Assembly: GCA_965243565.1 (NCBI GenBank)
Contig: OZ251571.1
Location: 77,153 to 141,152 of the forward strand
Direction of reading: 5' to 3'
DNA: 64,000 nucleotides
Source of the DNA: Gammaproteobacteria bacterium
GTDB taxonomy: Bacteria > Pseudomonadota > Gammaproteobacteria > Tethybacterales > Persebacteraceae
Shown here: positions 58,961 to 64,000 of the stretch, piece by piece
Position numbering within the stretch: position 1 is the stretch's first letter
Layout of the letters: each line of letters opens with the position of its first letter
Notes under the pieces: model-generated
The model's input: only the letters and a program-made list of their open reading frames with translations
The model's database searches: none
Told to the model about the DNA's origin: nothing
Position numbers and translations under genes: made by a program

Positions 58961-59389
58961 ATGACTCGGGTTATTTTTTATACAGATATTGGAGATAGGC
59001 AAAAATTTCTTTTTCGATTTCTCTATCGTAAGATATTTAAAGCCCATAGTTCGGCACTGGTATATGCTGATGAAGCATTAATTACACGCTTGGATGATGT
59101 CTTGTGGGAAGAAAAAGGGTTTCTTCCTCATAGCCGCTTGCAACCACCTTATAAAAGCAGTATTTCGACTCCAATTACGTTGGTATCAGTTGTTCCTGAT
59201 CCTGATTTTCATTCGGATGTATTGATTTCATTGACTGACGTATTGCCGACTTTTATTGGACGTTTTCCTTTGTATGTGGATATAGTTGGCCAAACGACAA
59301 AAGAAAAAGCCGCCGCGCGCGCGCGTTACAAATATTTAAAGGATCATGGCTATCCCATTGATGTTCATCGCCTTTCCAATCAAAATTGA
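58961..59389 (+). CDS. holC: DNA polymerase III chi subunit
   Basis: MTRV.FY, LDD.LW, FLPH, AR.RY..LK..GY; follows pepA. Confidence 0.88.
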   Translation: MTRVIFYTDIGDRQKFLFRFLYRKIFKAHSSALVYADEALITRLDDVLWEEKGFLPHSRLQPPYKSSISTPITLVSVVPDPDFHSDVLISLTDVLPTFIGRFPLYVDIVGQTTKEKAAARARYKYLKDHGYPIDVHRLSNQN

Positions 59390-59405
59390 AAGACTTTTTC
59401 TTGAA

Positions 59406-59990
59406 TTAGCAAGGCTTGAATTGCATTAATCGCTGCACGTGACGGGCGAGTATATCAATTTCGAGGTTGATCGTATCGCCGATTTGATAATTTTGTAAGG
59501 TGGTATGGGTTAAGGTTTGTGGAATCAGATGCACGTCAAAACCTGTATTCGACACATAATTAACGGTTAAAGAAACACCAGCGAGTGTAACAGATCCTTT
59601 GGGTGCAATTGTTGGTAGTAATGAAATGTTTGCCAACAGCGATAGGTCGCAGCCACCATCGGCAGTGGGAGTGATGGATTGAACAATCGATTGACCATCA
59701 ACATGTCCTGTAACAAAATGCCCGCCTAATTTATTCCCCAGTTTTAAAGCTTGCTCAAGATTAACTCTATTGTTTAACTGAAGGGGGGAGATACGTTGTA
59801 AGGTTTCGGTAGAAATATCGACAGTAAAAGTCAAAGAATCAAGAGTGACAATGGTTAAACAAATACCATTGACTGCAATGCTATCGCCTATGTTACTATT
59901 ACCCAACCAGCCGTCGGGACATTGAAAAGTAAACTGATGCTTTTTTATAGACAGCAGTGAGCCAATGCCGCTGATTAAACCAGTAAACAT
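59406..59990 (-). CDS. ribE: Riboflavin synthase (alpha chain; called ribE or ribC depending on organism)
   Basis: MFTGL, GDSIAVNGICLT, VNLE, GGHFVTGHVDG, KGSV..GVSLTVN. Confidence 0.95.
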   Translation of the reverse strand: MFTGLISGIGSLLSIKKHQFTFQCPDGWLGNSNIGDSIAVNGICLTIVTLDSLTFTVDISTETLQRISPLQLNNRVNLEQALKLGNKLGGHFVTGHVDGQSIVQSITPTADGGCDLSLLANISLLPTIAPKGSVTLAGVSLTVNYVSNTGFDVHLIPQTLTHTTLQNYQIGDTINLEIDILARHVQRLMQFKPC

Positions 59991-60075
59991 AGATTAAGCG
60001 AAATACCCAAAGGAGATAATGGTGATTGTTTTCATGTTTAGTTCATGTTTTTCATTGTAATTTTAGATAAAATCA

Positions 60076-60861
60076 TTATTGTGCAACATAGCCACCATCT
60101 ACCGATAAGGCAGTGCCGGTAATGTGTCGTTCGCTTGCCAAATATAAGATGGCGCGTGCCACTTCATCTGGTTGGGCAATGCGCCCATGGGGAATAATGG
60201 TTGCGTTTCTTTGACGAACTTCTGCTTCAGATGGAAGATTATGGTGGGCAGAAAAAAGCATTGGGGAATCGATGGCACCGGGACATACGGCATTGATAGA
60301 AACACCGTCTTTGGCAACTTCTAGGGCGGTTGCTCTTGTCATTTGTATCACGGCACCTTTGCTGGTGCAGTAGGCAACCAAATTGCTAACACCAACCAAT
60401 CCTGCGGTTGAACTTACATTCACAACGGCACCTTGATGCTTGCGAAGATGGGCAATGGCACTGCGCATCATATAAAAAACACCATCAACATTGGTTTTCA
60501 TCACTTGCTGCCAAGTGTCATCGTCTGTTTCTTCGATTGAATGGCGGACAATGGTGCCTGCGTTGTTAATTAAAGCGCTGATATTACCAAATTCTGATAG
60601 GGTATTCTCGCAAACTTGTTGGCAAAATTGACTATTGCCTACATCACCAGCAACAGTGATGGTTTTGATGTTGTATATATCCAGTAACGCGACGGTTTCT
60701 TGCAGTTTTATTTGGTTGCGTCCAACTAATACGAGATTGGCACCGACACTGGCAAAAAGCTGACTGATTGCCAATCCGAGCCCCGAGCCAGCGCCAGTAA
60801 TAATAACACAAGCATTATGCCAGTTTCTTTGAGACTCCAAATTTGATTGAGTATGTTCCAT
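60076..60861 (-). CDS. SDR family oxidoreductase
   Basis: TGAGSGLG, NNAG, YCTSK, NAVCPG, VDGG; start at ATG 60861. Confidence 0.92.
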   Translation of the reverse strand: MEHTQSNLESQRNWHNACVIITGAGSGLGLAISQLFASVGANLVLVGRNQIKLQETVALLDIYNIKTITVAGDVGNSQFCQQVCENTLSEFGNISALINNAGTIVRHSIEETDDDTWQQVMKTNVDGVFYMMRSAIAHLRKHQGAVVNVSSTAGLVGVSNLVAYCTSKGAVIQMTRATALEVAKDGVSINAVCPGAIDSPMLFSAHHNLPSEAEVRQRNATIIPHGRIAQPDEVARAILYLASERHITGTALSVDGGYVAQ

Positions 60862-60865
60862 CGAT

Positions 60866-61621
60866 TTAGAAACTTGGAAGTGGTAATTGGGTGTTTCTGC
60901 CCCCATCAACTGATATAACTTGACCGTTGACAAAGGCAGATTCTACTTGGCATAGCCAGGAAACGGTTTGAGCAACATCATTGGGCGTGCCGATTTTGCC
61001 TAAAGGATGCAATTGACAAATGGCGTTTTTGGCTTTTTCTTTGTCGGGAAATTGATCTAAAAAATTATCGTTAAACGGGGTTTGTATCCAGCCAGGCGCA
61101 ACGGCATTGCAACGGATGTTGTCAATGCCGTGATCGCGGGCGATGTTTCGTGTGAGCGCATGAACGGCTGCTTTTGATGCCGCATAAGCGGCATGCAATG
61201 GGTTGGACGCATGACCTTCGATTGAGCCGATAAGAACGATTGAGCCGCCGCCTTTGGCTTTCATGAGTTCTATCGCGTGTTTGGCGATGAGAAAAACACC
61301 ACGGACGTTGACTGCCATGATTTTATCCCATTCTTCTACTGTTGTTTCGGTTAATTTTTTTTCAATGGCGATTCCTGCAGCACAGATAACCACATCAAGA
61401 CGGCCGTATTTATTTTTCAAAAAAAGCATGAGGCTTTTGCACTGCGCTTCATCGCTCACATCGGTTTTTTTGAAAAGTAGAAGAGCGTCGCTCGTTGGTG
61501 GCGGATTTAAATCAGCAATAATAACGGTCATACCAGAACGAGCAAGACGTATGGCAATTGCCCGTCCAATATTTTGTGCGCCTCCCGTTACTACCGCGAT
61601 TTTATTTGGGTGACTGTCCAT
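60866..61621 (-). CDS. SDR family oxidoreductase
   Basis: TGGAQNIG, YAASK, NAVAPGWI, VDGG. Confidence 0.92.
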   Translation of the reverse strand: MDSHPNKIAVVTGGAQNIGRAIAIRLARSGMTVIIADLNPPPTSDALLLFKKTDVSDEAQCKSLMLFLKNKYGRLDVVICAAGIAIEKKLTETTVEEWDKIMAVNVRGVFLIAKHAIELMKAKGGGSIVLIGSIEGHASNPLHAAYAASKAAVHALTRNIARDHGIDNIRCNAVAPGWIQTPFNDNFLDQFPDKEKAKNAICQLHPLGKIGTPNDVAQTVSWLCQVESAFVNGQVISVDGGRNTQLPLPSF

Positions 61622-61627
61622 TCTGTC

Positions 61628-61633
61628 ATTGTA
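61628..61633 (-). promoter_or_regulatory. -10 box 6 nt before the SDR start codon
   Basis: Minus strand TACAAT-gacaga-ATG; no SD. Confidence 0.45.
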
Positions 61634-61699
61634 CGCTTTTTATTAGAAATGAACCTATACCTCCTAGACGACCTTGATATAACCAAGATAGATTAATGA

Positions 61700-61728
61700 T
61701 TGACAACAGTATATTTATGTGTTAATAT
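61700..61728 (+). promoter_or_regulatory. Sigma70 promoter of the secretin operon
   Basis: TTGACA-17-TAATAT with a TG extension. Confidence 0.65.
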
Positions 61729-61838
61729 ACCGCTTGAAAGTATGTGCTTATTTTTTAGAGCATTATTTTAAGCTATTGCTTGAAATAACGATAAAGAATG
61801 GCTTTTGCAAGTTTGAAAATATGAAAGGTGAATTAATA

Positions 61839-63782
61839 ATGAATCTAACCAAAGCTCACAAGATTTTACTGAGCTCTTCATTGTCAGTGTTTTTGGTTGG
61901 CTGTAGCGGTGCCCCCAACTATTCGCAGAGCGAAATGCATATGACGGTGGAAGAGGTTGATAGCCAAAAACCAATTAAGCCAAAGAAAATTCCTTCGCTT
62001 GTAAAAGCGAGCCCCACTGCAACGGCATTGTCAAGGGTAGAAGAATCAGACACCTTTGACGTCAGTGTAACTGGTGCTCCTGTTCGTGATTTGCTATTTG
62101 CATTAGCCCGAGACGCTGGTGTCAATATGGACATTGATGATAAAATTGGTGGTTTTGTTAGCATTAATGCGCTTGACCAAACATTGAATGCCATTTTAGC
62201 AAGAATCAGTGAACAAGTTGATATTCGTATTGAATACCTTGGTGATGCTATCATCATAAAGCCTGATGATGCTTACTACAAGCAATATCAAATTGACTAT
62301 TTGTCAATAACCAGAGAATTTGATTCTTCCATTGATTCTGGTAGTGTCGGTGATATTGGTTCGGCCTCAATAAACAATGAGGGTGAGACTGATTTTTGGA
62401 GTTCTTTAGAAAGTGTTATGGAAAGCCTTGTTGTTGAGACTAGAATCGAAGGCGGTGATGAATCAGGTTTGGTAGCAGCGGCAAAAGATAGTGGCAGAAG
62501 CGAAAGTATAAGCGAGTCAGAAAGAATTGTTGAAAACGACAATTTCTTTAACATTAATAGAGACGTAGGTCTTTTATTGGTATATGCCCCAGGTAAAGTA
62601 CAAAAAGAAGTTCAGAAGTATTTAGATGCGACTTCGCTTATTTCTAAGCGTCAAGTATTGCTAGAGGCAACCATAGTAGAGGTTGTTTTAAACAATCAGT
62701 ATGCTCAGGGTATTGACTGGTCGTTGTTTAATGCTTTGGCTGAAGAAGGTTTGGGTTTATACCAAGGTGGACTTGCTGGAGGAGCCGCCGCCGCGCTCAA
62801 TATAATTTCTAAAGCGGTAGACTATTCTTTCACTGGTTCCTTTTCCTCTTCGGCAGAAGCCTTTACTTACGTAGAAGAAGTGCGCTCTCAATACGAAGAT
62901 AATCCGTATGCGGAAATTCTTTCGTTTGAATACGAAGTAGATGAAGAAAGCGGATTTTTTGTTCCTACAATTGATGTATCTGTAGAAGAGCTTCACGAAA
63001 ATGCAACAAAAAGGTCTGGTGGAGGTATTAGACCAAGCGCTACGAGTACTAACGACTTTTTCTCAGCGGCTTATCGGCAAGGTGATTTAAGTGCTGCTGT
63101 GCAATTGCTAGATCAATTTGGCGATTCAAAAGTCTTATCAAGTCCACGCATCAGTGCATTGAACAATCAGCCGGCAGTGTTAAAAGTGGTTGATCAAGAA
63201 GTGTATTTTAATTTCAGCATTGACGACGAAATTAATCCAGACAGTGGACAAGTGATAGGCAGAAGTGTTAATGTTGAAGAGCAAGTTGTGGATGTTGGTA
63301 TTATTCTTAATATATTGCCAAACATAAGTGCCAATGGTGAGATTATGTTGAACTTAAAGCCAACGGTAACTCGGGTTATTGATTATAGAGAAGTACCAAG
63401 TATTATTGCTGGGGGTTCAAGCGAATCTTCAGTAGGACAAAACTTTGTCCCTATCACTCGTGTTAGAGAACTTGAGTCACTAATATCGCTCCGTGATGGT
63501 GAGGTTGCGGTACTCGGTGGTTTGTTAGAAGACAGAACGACGGATAGCACGACAGGCGTTCCTGGGCTAAGTTCTTTGCCGGGTATTGGTGCGTTGTTTG
63601 AAAACAAAGATCAGACAACCTTCAAAACAGAATTTGTTGTTTTCTTGCGTGCAAAAATCATCAAGAATCCAAGTTTAAACGGAGATTATTCTGACTACCG
63701 TAGTTTATTGCCTAATTCGGATTTTGTTATAAGGGATACCGAAGGGGCTTTATTTGTGCGGGATCAAGAAGAAGTTAGATAG
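61839..63782 (+). CDS. mshL: Lipoprotein secretin, MshL-like (type IV pilus/T2SS)
   Basis: Lipobox LVG-C, F.VSV..APVR.LLFALARD, RQVLLEATIVEV.L....GIDW, SSPRI..LNNQ.A, VLGGL, PGL..LP.IG.LF; AAAGGTG before ATG 61839. Confidence 0.82.
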   Translation: MNLTKAHKILLSSSLSVFLVGCSGAPNYSQSEMHMTVEEVDSQKPIKPKKIPSLVKASPTATALSRVEESDTFDVSVTGAPVRDLLFALARDAGVNMDIDDKIGGFVSINALDQTLNAILARISEQVDIRIEYLGDAIIIKPDDAYYKQYQIDYLSITREFDSSIDSGSVGDIGSASINNEGETDFWSSLESVMESLVVETRIEGGDESGLVAAAKDSGRSESISESERIVENDNFFNINRDVGLLLVYAPGKVQKEVQKYLDATSLISKRQVLLEATIVEVVLNNQYAQGIDWSLFNALAEEGLGLYQGGLAGGAAAALNIISKAVDYSFTGSFSSSAEAFTYVEEVRSQYEDNPYAEILSFEYEVDEESGFFVPTIDVSVEELHENATKRSGGGIRPSATSTNDFFSAAYRQGDLSAAVQLLDQFGDSKVLSSPRISALNNQPAVLKVVDQEVYFNFSIDDEINPDSGQVIGRSVNVEEQVVDVGIILNILPNISANGEIMLNLKPTVTRVIDYREVPSIIAGGSSESSVGQNFVPITRVRELESLISLRDGEVAVLGGLLEDRTTDSTTGVPGLSSLPGIGALFENKDQTTFKTEFVVFLRAKIIKNPSLNGDYSDYRSLLPNSDFVIRDTEGALFVRDQEEVR

Positions 63783-63839
63783 TATTTTTGTAATTTTAAT
63801 TTATTAGATTAGCAAAAATGGACATCGAAAGGAAAGATA

Positions 63840-64000
63840 ATGAGCTTATTGTTAAATGCTCTTAAAAAAGCAGAAGAAGGAGAAAATTCAGAAACAGTTT
63901 CTGAAAAAGATTCATCCACAGAGCAGCAATCAATTTCAGTTTCTGAATTAAATATTGCTGAATCTAAATCGTCTCCACCCCCACCTGTAAAAGAAATTTC
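63840..64000 (+). CDS. Partial ORF with GspB/MshN-like N-terminus (runs off the window)
   Basis: MSLLLNALKKAEEG.. open to the window end; AAAGGAAAG upstream; follows the secretin. Confidence 0.65.
   Translation, partial: MSLLLNALKKAEEGENSETVSEKDSSTEQQSISVSELNIAESKSSPPPPVKEI

Noticed and set aside
61719-61838. N-terminal extensions given by the ORF track (also 10035, 17463, 21980, 28730, 33454, 40736, 42306, 52769, 60933)
   Set aside because: They overlap promoters or neighbouring genes; downstream ATGs match family N-termini or SD positions better.

Overview
A gene-dense, AT-rich bacterial chromosomal segment. Its proteins and residual gene order (topB after gyrB, dacA-dat, trpA-accD-folC-dedD-cvpA, lptGF<>pepA-holC, ctaG-DUF2970-coxC) look betaproteobacterial. 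A streamlined, possibly host-associated lineage is an inference only. The window is probably near the origin, since it holds the 3' end of gyrB and three parS-like palindromes at 12.7-14.9 kb. It is almost entirely housekeeping genes, but canonical operons are broken up: atpIBEFHA lies 28 kb from atpG-[lipoprotein]-atpDC, and nuoCDE, coxA, ctaG-coxC, trpA, leuC, aceE and addA all lack their usual partners nearby. I found no rRNA, tRNA, IS, prophage or CRISPR. Most notable observations: (1) an 873-aa prepilin-like protein with two pilin-like modules and large insertions, plus an MshL-like secretin elsewhere; (2) ATP synthase c and b subunits that both carry signal-peptide-like N-termini; (3) repeated -10 boxes 6 nt before the ATG of operon-break genes, suggesting leaderless mRNAs; (4) a perfect 41-bp palindrome made of two MntR-like boxes, next to a pentamer repeat in the sitA signal peptide. 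All calls come from motif recognition by eye; no database searches were run.
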